Source of the DNA: an uncultured Bacteroidales bacterium
Lineage (GTDB): Bacteria > Bacteroidota > Bacteroidia > Bacteroidales > UBA932
NCBI GenBank assembly: GCA_900318955.1
Contig: ONMJ01000006.1
Location: forward strand, 33,586-97,585
Reading direction: 5' to 3'
Length of the DNA: 64,000 nt
Below are positions 50,833 through 62,020 of the stretch, piece by piece (within the stretch, counting starts at the first letter, position 1; each line of letters begins with the position of its first letter). Below the pieces are notes generated by a model. That model was given only the letters and a program-made list of their open reading frames with translations, had not been told where the DNA came from and did not search any database. A program made the translations under genes and the position numbers.

Positions 50833-51888
50833 ATGAGGAAATTTGGTGACAAAATAAAGATTATTGTCCGCTGGATCTCTATAAAGATCCGGCAGCTTAC
50901 CGATTTCCTCACAGTCGGCATCTGGAATCTCGATCCTTCGGCAACATCCAAGAGGAAGGCACGGCTTATCCGCGACGGCAAGGTGCTCATCCTGATGCAG
51001 CAGACTTTTTCTTCGCAAAAAATCGGATTCCAAAGTACTGCGCTAAGCTATAGGACCATTATGTCCCTTGTTCCTTTCCTTGCCATCGCCTTTTATGTTA
51101 CTGCTAGGGTTGGCCTGTCCGACCAGCTTAGTGCATTTCTATATGCAAACACAAGTGATGAAAGGTTGATCCGCAGCTTGATGAAAGCGGCCGACAATAT
51201 CTTGGAGACCGCTCAATCCGGACTATTCGGATTCATAAGCATGTTCTCATTCTTCTGGATCGTTATAGGGATGATGTTGAGTGTGAGACAGGTATTCAAC
51301 AATGTGTGGAAGGTAGAAAAGGAGAGGAATTTCCTGAAACTTATCGGAGTAGTCTTCGGAATACTCATCCTCACCCCTTTCGTCATCCTGCTTTTCTCCT
51401 CTGCGTCAATTGTTTATACCCATATATTAGACCTCATTTTCCCCGAAAGCGACATTACCGATTCGGTAAAGTCTTTCCTCGGATGGGTAATATTCGCAGC
51501 CGGTGCTATCGGTATCATCTCAATGATGTACAAATGGATACCGGGGACGAAGGTCTATTACCGGCATGCACTGAAGGCCGCTTCTTTTTCCGGAGTGATA
51601 TTTACAGTTTTACAATTCCTATATCTTGAAACACAGGTCATGGTAACCAAGGTTAGCGCAGTCTACGGAGTACTTGCCGCCCTTCCCTTGTTCATGTCCT
51701 GGATGAATCTCAGTTGGACTATCATCCTTTACGGCGCAGAGCTTACTTATGCTTTCCAGAATGTGGACAAGCACAATGTAAGTAATGAGCAGCTGGAAGA
51801 TTTCATCGAAGACGCGCGCCGGAGCCGAAAACGCTACGACGAGGTTTCGGATATTGTACATGACGTTGAAAACACAAAGCAGAAATGA
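50833..51888 (+). CDS. YihY/BrkB-family membrane protein
   Basis: STALSYRTIMSLVPFLAI, YGVLAALPLFMSWMNLSWTIILYGAELTYA. Confidence 0.88.
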   Translation: MRKFGDKIKIIVRWISIKIRQLTDFLTVGIWNLDPSATSKRKARLIRDGKVLILMQQTFSSQKIGFQSTALSYRTIMSLVPFLAIAFYVTARVGLSDQLSAFLYANTSDERLIRSLMKAADNILETAQSGLFGFISMFSFFWIVIGMMLSVRQVFNNVWKVEKERNFLKLIGVVFGILILTPFVILLFSSASIVYTHILDLIFPESDITDSVKSFLGWVIFAAGAIGIISMMYKWIPGTKVYYRHALKAASFSGVIFTVLQFLYLETQVMVTKVSAVYGVLAALPLFMSWMNLSWTIILYGAELTYAFQNVDKHNVSNEQLEDFIEDARRSRKRYDEVSDIVHDVENTKQK

Positions 51889-54128
51889 GTTTTTCCGAGT
51901 TCACACCGAAGGATTATGAGATAATCAAGGAGGAATATGCCCTCCTCAGGCTTGCAGCGGAGAAGAGGTGTTCTTCCGAAGCGGAACTAGCTGTCGTACA
52001 GAAAGCCTTCGAATTTGCAAATGAAGCCCACAAGAATGTCAGAAGGCGTTCCGGAGAGCCTTATATCCTCCACCCGATTGCAGTGGCAAAAATTGTAGTG
52101 AACGACATCGGACTGGGATACAAATCCATTGCCGCTGCTCTTTTGCACGATGTTGTCGAGGATACTGATTATACCGTAGATGACATCCGGAACCTCTTTG
52201 GCGAGAAGATTTCATACCTTGTGGACGGTCTCACCAAGATTAAAACCGTGCTCGACAACGAGGACAGGAACAAGCAGAACGACATTTATTCCGAGAGTCT
52301 CCAAGCGGAAAACTTCAAGCGCATCCTTCTGACTCTCAACGATGATGTCCGCGTGGTTCTGATCAAGCTCGCCGACCGGCTCCACAACTGCAGGACTATC
52401 GAATACATGCCCGAGCACAAGAGGGACAAGATTCTCAGCGAGACAATGTTCATCTTCATTCCGCTCGCCGGAAGGCTGGGTCTGTATGGGGTCAAGACAG
52501 AAATGGAAAATATATGGCTACGCTACAAGGAGCCAGATGCCTACAAGGAGATAAGCGAAAAAATTTCCCATAATGTAACGAACCGTGAGGAAGAAATCGA
52601 GAACTTTGTCACTCCTATTGAGGATTCCCTCAGAAAGGCCGGTTTTGACTTCGAGATTAAGAAGAGGATAAAGACCCCCTACTCTGTATGGAGCAAGATG
52701 CAGACAAAGCACATCCCCTTCGAGCAGGTCTATGACCTTTATGCTATCAGGATTATCTTCACCCCGGACATGAATTCCCAGGAGTCAGAAAGGGATCAGT
52801 GCTATCATGTATTCTCCATAATCACAAGTCTCTACAGATATAAACCGGATCGCCTTCGCGACTGGGTGAAGCACCCTAAGACCAACGGATACGAGGCTCT
52901 CCACTGCACCCTGCTTTCCAATGCTGGAATGTGGATTGAGGTGCAGATCAGGACACGCCGAATGGATGATATCGCAGAAAAGGGCATCGCGGCTCATTGG
53001 GTATACAAAAAGAACGGATACATCAGCGAGAATGACAGCGAGATGGACAAATGGCTCCGCCAGATCAAGGGAATACTTGTCAATCCTGACGTCAATGCAC
53101 TCGAGCTTCTCGACATTATCCATAACGACCTGACAAGCACCGGCATCCTGGTATTTACCCCTAAGGGAGAACAGAAGTCCATCCAGAAAGGGGCTACGGC
53201 TCTCGATTTCGCCTATCTGATTCATACGGAGATTGGGAACAAGGCAATTGCCGCCAAGATCAACATGAAACTGGTTCCCCTGAGCGAAACGCTTCGTACC
53301 GGCGACCAGATAGAAATCATTACCGCAGAGAATGAGCATCCGAAGCGGGAATGGCTTCAGTTCCTCCAGACCAGAAGGGCCAAATCCATTGTAATGGACT
53401 ATTTCAAAGGAGAAAGACAAAAGACTGTCGCCTTTGGAAAAACCACTCTTGTGAACCAATTGGACGCTCTCGGAGCAAAGCTTGACGACAATACCAAGAA
53501 GCTGTTAATGACTTCCTTCCAAATCAATTCAGAAGACGATCTCTACTTCAAGATTGGAATGGGAATAGTGAAACTGGACAACCTTTCGGAAATTCTCTCC
53601 AAATCTCCCGAAAAGAGCAGCTGGCTGAGAAAAATCATTCTCCGCCGGGCATTAGAGAAATCTCCAAGAGCCGACTCTCTCGTTCTGAATGCTTCCGGAG
53701 ACGGGACGAAATTCATTATCGCTCAGTGCTGTAAGCCTCTTCCCGGGGATCCCGTAATCGGATTCAAATCCCCGGAAGACGGGTTGGTAACGGTACATAA
53801 AAAGAGTTGTTCAGTCGCAGAAGAACTAGCTACAAAACATGGAGACTGGGTGATTGTACCCCAATGGGCGAAATCCGGAGACGATACCTCATATACAGTT
53901 CGTCTCCTCCTTACCGGTATCGACCGTGTCGGCCTCTTGAATGAGATCTCCAGATATGTCTCCCTCGTAATGGGAGTGAACATAAGGGGCATGAACATTG
54001 CAACTGAAGAAGGGATTTTCAAAGGCTATATCGACATCAATGTCAACAGCAAAGACATCCTTGAAAAAGTCATCAAGAGACTTTCATCAATTGAAGGCAT
54101 CCAAAGCGTTATAAGGACAGAAATATGA
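51885..54128 (+). CDS. relA: Bifunctional (p)ppGpp synthetase/hydrolase
   Basis: GEPYILHP, HDVVED, KLADRLHN, YEALH, EVQIRT, TGS (FTPKGE) and ACT domains. Confidence 0.94.
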   Translation: MSFSEFTPKDYEIIKEEYALLRLAAEKRCSSEAELAVVQKAFEFANEAHKNVRRRSGEPYILHPIAVAKIVVNDIGLGYKSIAAALLHDVVEDTDYTVDDIRNLFGEKISYLVDGLTKIKTVLDNEDRNKQNDIYSESLQAENFKRILLTLNDDVRVVLIKLADRLHNCRTIEYMPEHKRDKILSETMFIFIPLAGRLGLYGVKTEMENIWLRYKEPDAYKEISEKISHNVTNREEEIENFVTPIEDSLRKAGFDFEIKKRIKTPYSVWSKMQTKHIPFEQVYDLYAIRIIFTPDMNSQESERDQCYHVFSIITSLYRYKPDRLRDWVKHPKTNGYEALHCTLLSNAGMWIEVQIRTRRMDDIAEKGIAAHWVYKKNGYISENDSEMDKWLRQIKGILVNPDVNALELLDIIHNDLTSTGILVFTPKGEQKSIQKGATALDFAYLIHTEIGNKAIAAKINMKLVPLSETLRTGDQIEIITAENEHPKREWLQFLQTRRAKSIVMDYFKGERQKTVAFGKTTLVNQLDALGAKLDDNTKKLLMTSFQINSEDDLYFKIGMGIVKLDNLSEILSKSPEKSSWLRKIILRRALEKSPRADSLVLNASGDGTKFIIAQCCKPLPGDPVIGFKSPEDGLVTVHKKSCSVAEELATKHGDWVIVPQWAKSGDDTSYTVRLLLTGIDRVGLLNEISRYVSLVMGVNIRGMNIATEEGIFKGYIDINVNSKDILEKVIKRLSSIEGIQSVIRTEI

Positions 54129-55933
54129 TTAAACGGTTTATATCCAGATATTTCCCGCTAATTCCCGTTGCCGCAGTCCTTGGGACAATGATTTTTTCCC
54201 ATGGTTGCGCCAACACGACCCAGGCTCCGACCGGCGGTCCGAAGGACACAATTCCTCCGGTACTGAATGTCGCCAAGTTGAAGCCTTCACAAGGAGCGAC
54301 CAATGTCCCGACCCATAAGACTACCCTTACATTCCCCTTCGACGAATATGTCAAAGTCAAGGAAATAAAGAATCTATATCTGTCCCCTCCTCTGGAAAAG
54401 GCCCCGAAATACAAGATTAAGGGGAAATCCCTAGTCGTTTATTTCGAAAATGACTTGGACAGCAATACTACATATACACTTGACATTACGGGAGCCGTTG
54501 TAGACAATAATGAAGGCAATCCCTTCCCCGGATACACATTGGTTTTCTCAACAGGAGAACAAATTGATTCAATGGGAATTACCGGCATTGTTCAGAGTAG
54601 CACCACCCTTCTGCCCATAAAGGGAGCCACTGTTCTTCTGTACAAAGATGCGGCGGATTCCGCTGTCTTTCTCCATCGTCCCTCGGCAGCTTCAAAAACT
54701 GACGACTGGGGCTATTTCAGCATCAGAAACATCCAGGACACTGTCTACAGGGTCTACGCTATCAAGGATGAGAACAACAACAACATGTACGATCCCGACA
54801 ATGAACAGATTGCTTTCCTTGATTCGGCCTTCCGTCCGAGCCGTGTCGTGACCGATACTCTCTACGAGTTCCTTAAATTCGACATGAAGGATACTGCCGC
54901 CTGCCTTGCCAGAAAGACAGATGTCGAGCTCAGCCTCTTCCGTGAAAAGCCTTCTAAACAGTATGTGGTAAAGAAAGAAAGGGTTGGCGACAGGACAGGA
55001 TATATCACATTCATGGCTCCGAATGCCAAGATTCACAAGATGAGGGTAAAAGGTATACCGAGGAAAAAGCTGATCACCCAGTTCAATATAACCAAGGATA
55101 GCCTGGAGATATGGGTGAACGACCAAAGGCCTATGCCGGACACTCTCCTATTCCAGATGAATTACGACAAGACCGATACCCTTGGCATGCTCGTCCCGAC
55201 CGATGAATCCGTCCCTCTTGTGAGAGACAAAAAAGCAAAAGCGGAAGCTGCAAAGAGTTCTCTTAGAAAACTTAAGCATGAAGACACAATAGCGGTTTAT
55301 ACTGCGACTGTCGATCCGACCACCGTCGAGCAGTATGGATTTACAATCGAATTCAAATACCCCCTCATTGAGGATGCCTTTGACTCTCTTCAGTTTAGAA
55401 GCGTCAACCCTCGTCAGCAGGAAAAAATCGGGAAGTATAAAGTTAAACGCGACAGCACCAATCTAAGGCGGTATACTATTATGCCGAAAGAGGAACTGCT
55501 TCAGGGATATGAATACTTTCTCAAAGTGCCTCATCGCAAATTCCGCGACGTCAACGGTTTCTATAATGATAGTACCGAGATGAAGGTAAGTCTCCCTACC
55601 GATGAGAAGCTAAGCAGCCTAAGTCTCGTTCTTTCAGGTGTTTCCAACCATTATATAGTCGATCTCCTCAATGAAAAGCGCGATAAGACAATCCGCAGTT
55701 TCATAATAAACAAGGACCAGACTCTCCTCTTCCCGTATCTCAAGCAGGGAAAGTACTGCGTCAGGATAACAGAGGATCCCAATAACAACGGAATCGTCGA
55801 TACCGGTGTCCTACTTGAGAAAAAACAGCCGGAAAAGGTACGGTTTTTCAAAATTAACGACTCGTTCCTTATCGACATACCAGAGAAGACTGAGCTTGAG
55901 CAGGAAATAGATATAAAAGAGCTTTTTAAATGA
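54125..55933 (+). CDS. Ig-like (Big_5) domain lipoprotein
   Basis: Lipobox SHGC, APTGGPKDTIPP, FDEYV, TTYTL, DNNEGN, FSTG. Confidence 0.8.
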   Translation: MIKRFISRYFPLIPVAAVLGTMIFSHGCANTTQAPTGGPKDTIPPVLNVAKLKPSQGATNVPTHKTTLTFPFDEYVKVKEIKNLYLSPPLEKAPKYKIKGKSLVVYFENDLDSNTTYTLDITGAVVDNNEGNPFPGYTLVFSTGEQIDSMGITGIVQSSTTLLPIKGATVLLYKDAADSAVFLHRPSAASKTDDWGYFSIRNIQDTVYRVYAIKDENNNNMYDPDNEQIAFLDSAFRPSRVVTDTLYEFLKFDMKDTAACLARKTDVELSLFREKPSKQYVVKKERVGDRTGYITFMAPNAKIHKMRVKGIPRKKLITQFNITKDSLEIWVNDQRPMPDTLLFQMNYDKTDTLGMLVPTDESVPLVRDKKAKAEAAKSSLRKLKHEDTIAVYTATVDPTTVEQYGFTIEFKYPLIEDAFDSLQFRSVNPRQQEKIGKYKVKRDSTNLRRYTIMPKEELLQGYEYFLKVPHRKFRDVNGFYNDSTEMKVSLPTDEKLSSLSLVLSGVSNHYIVDLLNEKRDKTIRSFIINKDQTLLFPYLKQGKYCVRITEDPNNNGIVDTGVLLEKKQPEKVRFFKINDSFLIDIPEKTELEQEIDIKELFK

Positions 55934-56820
55934 GAAAGATAGCAGTCATTTTTATACTTTCCGCAATCTTTCCATTTGCGGTTCACTCCCAGAATCGGGT
56001 CGATAATCCACCTACTGCTGCCCCGACGGTTGACGAGGTTGTCGATACCGTGTTTTTCCGTCTTCCGGATGAGATTACAAACGAATATCTTGACTCAGTG
56101 AAACTCGGTTCCGACAGGACTATAAATGATTACAGTCTTATCGGTGTTCATGGAGGTGTAGTATTCAACCGCAGCTGGTTCAATCCCACCAGGGACACCA
56201 AGTTTTTCATGAACAAGCCGGTATTTGGTCTCAGCTACACCCTTCATGGAAAACTCTTTGGCTTCATGCCCTTTTTCGGAATGGAACTGGGCTTCCAGCA
56301 CAACTACGAGGGATATGAGTTCAAACTCGACGAGGAGAACCAGACCATCGCCAATATCTCGGGTGCCACCAAAGTCCTATATGAAGTCTGGGAAGTGCCT
56401 TTCCTGATGGTCGGACATGCCGATATCAACGACAATTTCAAGCTTCTCGCAAAGGTCGGCATCTACGGAGGATATAGAGAGAATATCCACAGGGAGACTA
56501 TTATCGAGAGGCTGGCTCCGACTGTAGAGGAAATTCAGGATACTTTCCTCGATACCGATATAAGGTGGACTTATGGTCTTCAGGCTGCCGCGGGCTTTGG
56601 AATTATGCTCAGTCCCTTCGAATTCCACCTCACCGCCGGCTTGAAATGGGGATGGGGATCTTATTACCAGCCGGATTACTATAACAAATACTACTATCGA
56701 TTTGCCTACCCTCTTGACGTGATGGTCACTGCCGGCATTTACTACCAGCTGACTCCAAGACGCGGGTATACGAAAAAACAACTCCGTCATTTCGCAAAGC
56801 AAATCGTAGAAAATGAATAA
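55930..56820 (+). CDS. Outer-membrane beta-barrel protein (PorT/OMP_b-brl-like)
   Basis: Signal peptide, amphipathic strands, GYEFK, EVPF, KVGIYGGYR. Confidence 0.65.
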   Translation: MRKIAVIFILSAIFPFAVHSQNRVDNPPTAAPTVDEVVDTVFFRLPDEITNEYLDSVKLGSDRTINDYSLIGVHGGVVFNRSWFNPTRDTKFFMNKPVFGLSYTLHGKLFGFMPFFGMELGFQHNYEGYEFKLDEENQTIANISGATKVLYEVWEVPFLMVGHADINDNFKLLAKVGIYGGYRENIHRETIIERLAPTVEEIQDTFLDTDIRWTYGLQAAAGFGIMLSPFEFHLTAGLKWGWGSYYQPDYYNKYYYRFAYPLDVMVTAGIYYQLTPRRGYTKKQLRHFAKQIVENE

Positions 56821-56825
56821 GCACG

Positions 56826-58157
56826 ATGAAAACTCTTGTTGCTAAAGCGGGAAATGTACTGATTGGAAGCGGTCATCCCATTGTCGTCCAGACGATGTGC
56901 AATACTCATACATCTGATATCGAAGCGACGGTAGAGCAGTGCCGCAGGATGAAAGAAGCCGGAGCCGAGATGATCCGAATTACTGTCCCAGGTCTTCAGG
57001 ACGTCTCGCACATTAAAGAGATAAAGCAAAGACTCCGTTCAGAAGGAATTGATACTCCGATTGTTGCAGATATACATTTTTCATCCGCGACCGCCATAGC
57101 CGTAGCTTCGGTTGTGGAAAAAGTAAGAATCAATCCGGGTAATTTCCACAAAGACCATGAAAAAGCGAAGGAACAATTTGCTCGCTTTATAGAGGTCTGC
57201 AAAGAAAACGGAACCGCAGTGAGAGTCGGGATCAACCATGGCTCACTAGGCGAATATATAACAAATCTCTATGGCAATACTCCTGTCGGGATGGCAAAAG
57301 CCGCAATGGAATGGCTGGACATGTGCGTTGAAAACGATTTCTACAACGTAGTCGTTTCTCTAAAAGCGAGCAATACACTGGTGATGGTCGAAGCCTACAG
57401 GCTGCTTTACAAGATGATGCAAGAGAAGGGTCTCGTCTTCCCTCTCCATGTCGGGGTAACCGAGGCCGGGAACGGAGATTCCGGAAGAATCAAATCCTGC
57501 GTCGGTATTTCCACAATACTCTCTGAAGGAATAGGAGACACAGTAAGAGTATCTCTTACAGAAGACCCGGTGGATGAAATACCCGTCGCTCGATATCTGG
57601 CCGACAGGTATGACCATAAACTCAATTCTTCCCTTACATCCATCGCCATCGAAGGGAAAAAGGCTGTAGCCACATATCACTCCCCCTCAAGGGAAAGACT
57701 TATAGAGGACCTTTCTTGTGATTTCGGTAAAAGACTGCTGGACAGGGAACTCGATGACATCAAGGTGAAAGGCAGCTACCTTTCTGATGAGGGTGTCGAG
57801 ACCGAGATCAGCGAAGAATTCGGAGAGTATCTCGCTGATGAGCTCCTACAAGCCTGCAGAAGACGTTTCTACCGTCCCGAATATGTCGCCTGCCCAGGAT
57901 GCGGCCGCACAATGTACGATCTACAAGGGGCTTTCGAAGCAGTAAAGGCTCGGACTTCACATCTTAAAGACGTTGTAATCGCCGTCATGGGGTGCATAGT
58001 AAACGGCCCCGGAGAGATGGCAGATGCCGACTGGGGATATGTAGGAGAAGGAGACCATAAGGTCTCTATCTATAAAGGCAAAACCCCCGTCCTACGGCAT
58101 ATACCGGACACTGAAGCGATTGACCGCCTTGTGGAACTAATTGAAAAAGAGGATTAA
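56826..58157 (+). CDS. ispG: 4-hydroxy-3-methylbut-2-en-1-yl diphosphate synthase
   Basis: VQTM, VADIHF, RINPGN, RVGINHGSL, HVGVTEAG, CPGCGRT, MGCIVNGPGE. Confidence 0.95.
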   Translation: MKTLVAKAGNVLIGSGHPIVVQTMCNTHTSDIEATVEQCRRMKEAGAEMIRITVPGLQDVSHIKEIKQRLRSEGIDTPIVADIHFSSATAIAVASVVEKVRINPGNFHKDHEKAKEQFARFIEVCKENGTAVRVGINHGSLGEYITNLYGNTPVGMAKAAMEWLDMCVENDFYNVVVSLKASNTLVMVEAYRLLYKMMQEKGLVFPLHVGVTEAGNGDSGRIKSCVGISTILSEGIGDTVRVSLTEDPVDEIPVARYLADRYDHKLNSSLTSIAIEGKKAVATYHSPSRERLIEDLSCDFGKRLLDRELDDIKVKGSYLSDEGVETEISEEFGEYLADELLQACRRRFYRPEYVACPGCGRTMYDLQGAFEAVKARTSHLKDVVIAVMGCIVNGPGEMADADWGYVGEGDHKVSIYKGKTPVLRHIPDTEAIDRLVELIEKED

Positions 58158-58825
58158 ATCTCTGCGATAACAGACTCTACAGCCTTTACCTTGTCGCCAA
58201 GGCGAACCTTGATTTTCGCATCGAGAGGAAGGAAAATGTCTATCCTGGAGCCAAACTTGATGACCCCGCACTGCTTTCCGCGATTGGTCCTATAGCCTTT
58301 CTCAGAATAGCAGACTATCCTTCTTGCAAAAGTGCCCGCAATCTGCTTGAAAAAGACTTCACGACCATCCTCACTTACAATACAAGTGGAGGAGTGTTCG
58401 TTGAGTTCTGAAGATTTCGGCAAGAATGCCAGAAGATACTTGCCGGGATGATACTTATAGTAGGAAACTTCTCCGCTTATCGGCCAGAAATTGCAATGGA
58501 CATCGAAGAAATCCATATAGACGGAGACCTGAATACACTCCTTTTTCAGATACTCCTTTTCAAAGGTCTTTTCAAGGATTACCACCTTCCCGTCGGCAAC
58601 ACTTGTAACGAGATTACTAACTTCCGGCGAAGGAGTGTTTCTTTTCGGGACACGGAAAAAGTATGTGATGAAAAACATCATCCCAACGAAAAAAGCCGAC
58701 AAAGGTATTGATATCCAGAGAGGTTCAATGAATTTTGCCGTACACCAGATAAGAGCGGCGGCAATGCACCAAACACCGATAATGGTGCCATACGAATCCT
58801 TGTCTATGCGAATCCCCCTGATCAT
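58154..58825 (-). CDS. psd: Phosphatidylserine decarboxylase proenzyme
   Basis: FFRVP, ADGKVV, SVYM...DVHCN, QIAG...ARRIV, KFGSRID cleavage motif. Confidence 0.92.
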   Translation of the reverse strand: MIRGIRIDKDSYGTIIGVWCIAAALIWCTAKFIEPLWISIPLSAFFVGMMFFITYFFRVPKRNTPSPEVSNLVTSVADGKVVILEKTFEKEYLKKECIQVSVYMDFFDVHCNFWPISGEVSYYKYHPGKYLLAFLPKSSELNEHSSTCIVSEDGREVFFKQIAGTFARRIVCYSEKGYRTNRGKQCGVIKFGSRIDIFLPLDAKIKVRLGDKVKAVESVIAEI

Positions 58826-59652
58826 ATGAGATTGACTAATAATAGATAGACAGCGCCGATTGGAATAGCAAAGAGAGAACTGTCAAACCTGTCCAGGAGA
58901 CCTCCATGGCCGGGAATGATTGTCCCGGAATCCTTGACACCGCATTTTCTCTTCCAAAGAGATTCGAAAAGGTCTCCGAAAACTCCGAAAACATGCATTA
59001 TGGCACCGAGGATAATGCTATGGTACCAAGGGAACTTCATCAGTCCTGTCAGACTCATTATCAGAGCAGCCAGGACGGCAAAAAGGAGTCCGCCCCAGTA
59101 ACCTGCCCATGATTTGTTTGGCGAAATGGAAGGGAAAAGCTTTTTCCCGTTTTTACCTAAAAGACTTCCAAGGCAATAGGCTCCGACATCAGAGGCCCAG
59201 ATGATAATGAAAAAGCATAGCATCAGGAGCCCGTTGAAATTTCCCTCGCGGTCAAAAACTATATAGTTGGAGAGGACCAATGGGACGGCGATATAGAGAA
59301 TTCCGGTATAGATATATGAGTATAGATCGAATGACTCCGTATCCTTCACATATAGAGAGGAAATCATAACCGCCGACAGGGGAACAAAAATCAAAGCCGC
59401 AAAGTGGAGCGGAAGATGGAAGCTATTGACACAGAAGACGAGAATGAAGCCGCATAGAGCGGTAAAAATAGCAAGCACTCTCTGGACAGGGAGCTGGATC
59501 CCCATATTCATCCCATAAAATTCATGAAGCATCACCGCAATCATGAATAAAACGAGCAATGCATAAAGGTATTTGTTGACGAGCAGGCCCGCCAACATTA
59601 TACCAATAAAACAGATACCCGAAATTGTCCTTTTCGCGAAATTACTCTTCAT
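58822..59652 (-). CDS. cdsA: Phosphatidate cytidylyltransferase
   Basis: WASDVGAY, ISPNKSWAG, GDLFES, KDSG...PGHGGLLDRFDS. Confidence 0.94.
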   Translation of the reverse strand: MKSNFAKRTISGICFIGIMLAGLLVNKYLYALLVLFMIAVMLHEFYGMNMGIQLPVQRVLAIFTALCGFILVFCVNSFHLPLHFAALIFVPLSAVMISSLYVKDTESFDLYSYIYTGILYIAVPLVLSNYIVFDREGNFNGLLMLCFFIIIWASDVGAYCLGSLLGKNGKKLFPSISPNKSWAGYWGGLLFAVLAALIMSLTGLMKFPWYHSIILGAIMHVFGVFGDLFESLWKRKCGVKDSGTIIPGHGGLLDRFDSSLFAIPIGAVYLLLVNLI

Positions 59653-61597
59653 TTTCTACTGTCTCTGCCGGCTTTACTTTAGGACCGAGAATCTTTTCGA
59701 TATCCTCTGCGAAGATGACTTCTTTTTCGTAGAGCAGGTTCCCTATCTCGGTAAACTCTGCCATGTGACTCTCGATGAGATTCTTGGTACGCTCATGAAC
59801 ATCGGCGATAATTCTCTTTACCTCCTGATCCATCAATTCAGCTGTCTTCTCAGAATATGGCTTTGTAAGCTCATAACCTCTGGAACCAGTTGAATCATAG
59901 AAAGAAAGTGCACCGACTTTATCGCTCATTCCATAATACTGGACCATGGCATAAGCCATTCCTGTCATCCTCTCAAGGTCATTCAACGCCCCTGTAGAAG
60001 GCTCCCCAGCGGTAAGTTCTTCGGCCACTCGGCCGCCTATGAGAGCGCACATCCTGTCTATCATTACACTTCTCGTCCAGTTCTTTCTCTCTTCCGGAAG
60101 ATACCATGTCAGACCAAGGGCATTGCCTCTTGGGATTATACTGACTTTGAATACAGGGTCGGCATAAGGGAGCAGCCAACCGACAAGAGCGTGCCCGGCC
60201 TCGTGGAAAGCGGTGTTCTTCTTCTCAGCGGCTGTCATTATAGTCGACTCTTTCCTTTCCAAGCCGCCGACTATACGGTCAACAGCCTCGAGGAAGTCTT
60301 CCTGGAGAACGACGCTGTGATTCTTTCTGGCCGCCGTCAAAGCTGCTTCATTGCAGACATTGGCTATGTCTGCACCGGAGAATCCCGGGGTATGCTTGGC
60401 CATAAATTCAAGATCGAAATCCCCAGCCAACTTGATGTTCTTGAGGTGGACTTTGAAAATTTCCTCCCTCTCCTTGAGCTCCGGCAGTTCTACATGGATC
60501 TGACGGTCGAAACGTCCCGCCCTCATGAGAGCCTTATCCAGAATATCAGCTCGGTTGGTCGCCGCGAGAACGATGACTCCTGAATTCGTCCCGAAACCAT
60601 CCATCTCGGTAAGCAACTGATTCAGAGTATTTTCTCTTTCATCATTGGAGGAGAATCCTCCGTTCTTGCTACGGGCTCGTCCGACTGCATCAATCTCATC
60701 TATGAACACGATGCAGGGAGCTTTCTCCTTGGCCTGGCGGAAAAGATCGCGAACACGGCTGGCTCCGACACCGACAAACATCTCGACGAAGTCCGATCCG
60801 GAGATAGAGAAGAAAGGAACATTAGCCTCTCCGGCCACAGCCTTGGCAAGAAGGGTTTTTCCGGTTCCGGGAGGGCCGACTAGGAGGGCCCCTTTTGGAA
60901 TCTTTCCTCCGAGTGCAGTGTATTTAGAAGGATTTTTCAGGAAATCAACTATTTCCATCACTTCCTCCTTGGCTCCATAAAGGCCGGCAACATCTTTGAA
61001 CGTCACCTTGACCTCGTTTTTGTCTGCGAGTTTACCCGTGGACTTTCCGGCATTGAAAGGGTTGCCCATACCGCCGCCCATACCGCCGGCTCCTCCGCCC
61101 ATCGAACGGTTGAGTCCTCTGAACATCCAGACCCATAGAAGAATCATCAGAATCGGCCAAAGTATCCACTCTAAAACGCTGCCCCAGGCGTGATCGTTAT
61201 TTCTCATCACAATCTTCACCTTGCTTCCTGGATCAAGGCTTTCGTTCAACTCGGAGAAAGTAGTTTCCGGATCAAACTTAGTCGAAGTAAGGAAATAAAA
61301 GTGAGGTGATTTACGGGGAACAACACCACCAGGGAACTTATCGGAGTACTTTGCCAGTCTCTCTGGACGGATCTTGACATCTCCCTGATAGTCATTCCTT
61401 ACGAATACTATCTCGTCAACGTCACCGCTGAGAATCATAGTCTTGACTTCCTCCCACTCTACCTTTTCTGCGGATGTGCCCCTGTTGGAGAAGAGCATCC
61501 ACCCAAGGCCGATTATAAGAATCGCATAAAGAACCCAGGAGATATTGATCGTAACTCCGAATCCTTTTCCGTTTTTATTCTTTTTATTGTCTGCCAT
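59642..61597 (-). CDS. ftsH: ATP-dependent zinc metalloprotease FtsH
   Basis: Two TMs, [29 protein letters not shown]. Confidence 0.97.
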   Translation of the reverse strand: MADNKKNKNGKGFGVTINISWVLYAILIIGLGWMLFSNRGTSAEKVEWEEVKTMILSGDVDEIVFVRNDYQGDVKIRPERLAKYSDKFPGGVVPRKSPHFYFLTSTKFDPETTFSELNESLDPGSKVKIVMRNNDHAWGSVLEWILWPILMILLWVWMFRGLNRSMGGGAGGMGGGMGNPFNAGKSTGKLADKNEVKVTFKDVAGLYGAKEEVMEIVDFLKNPSKYTALGGKIPKGALLVGPPGTGKTLLAKAVAGEANVPFFSISGSDFVEMFVGVGASRVRDLFRQAKEKAPCIVFIDEIDAVGRARSKNGGFSSNDERENTLNQLLTEMDGFGTNSGVIVLAATNRADILDKALMRAGRFDRQIHVELPELKEREEIFKVHLKNIKLAGDFDLEFMAKHTPGFSGADIANVCNEAALTAARKNHSVVLQEDFLEAVDRIVGGLERKESTIMTAAEKKNTAFHEAGHALVGWLLPYADPVFKVSIIPRGNALGLTWYLPEERKNWTRSVMIDRMCALIGGRVAEELTAGEPSTGALNDLERMTGMAYAMVQYYGMSDKVGALSFYDSTGSRGYELTKPYSEKTAELMDQEVKRIIADVHERTKNLIESHMAEFTEIGNLLYEKEVIFAEDIEKILGPKVKPAETVENEE

Positions 61598-61975
61598 TTA
61601 TTTCTCTGTCTTTTTCGTTGTCGGCGTCTTGCGCTCTTTATACTCCTTACGAGGAACGTCGGACCAAAGATCCTCCAAGCGATAAAAATCCCTGTATTCT
61701 TTTAAGAAAATATGAATGAGTATGTTGCCGTAATCTTGGATAATCCAGAAATTGTTGCCTTCTCCCTGAGAACGGAGGAGCTTGTGGCCCTCTTCTTCCA
61801 TCTTCTCTATGATGTTGTCGGAGATTGCCCCTACCTGGGTAGTATTGGAGCCGTCGCAAATGACAAAATAATCGGCAATAGCGCCGTCTATGCTGCGAAG
61901 ATCCAATGAAACAACATTCTGTCCTTTTTTATCGAGGATTGCGTCGGCGATAAGACGTAGGTCGTGTGTAATCAT
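61598..61975 (-). CDS. rsfS: Ribosome silencing factor
   Basis: ATG 61975; DKKG, DYFVIC, WIIQDYGNILIHIF, RDFYRLEDLW. Confidence 0.93.
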   Translation of the reverse strand: MITHDLRLIADAILDKKGQNVVSLDLRSIDGAIADYFVICDGSNTTQVGAISDNIIEKMEEEGHKLLRSQGEGNNFWIIQDYGNILIHIFLKEYRDFYRLEDLWSDVPRKEYKERKTPTTKKTEK

Positions 61976-62020
61976 ATTAATTTGTAAATTTGCAGACAAA
62001 GATAATCAAAATCCGAACCA

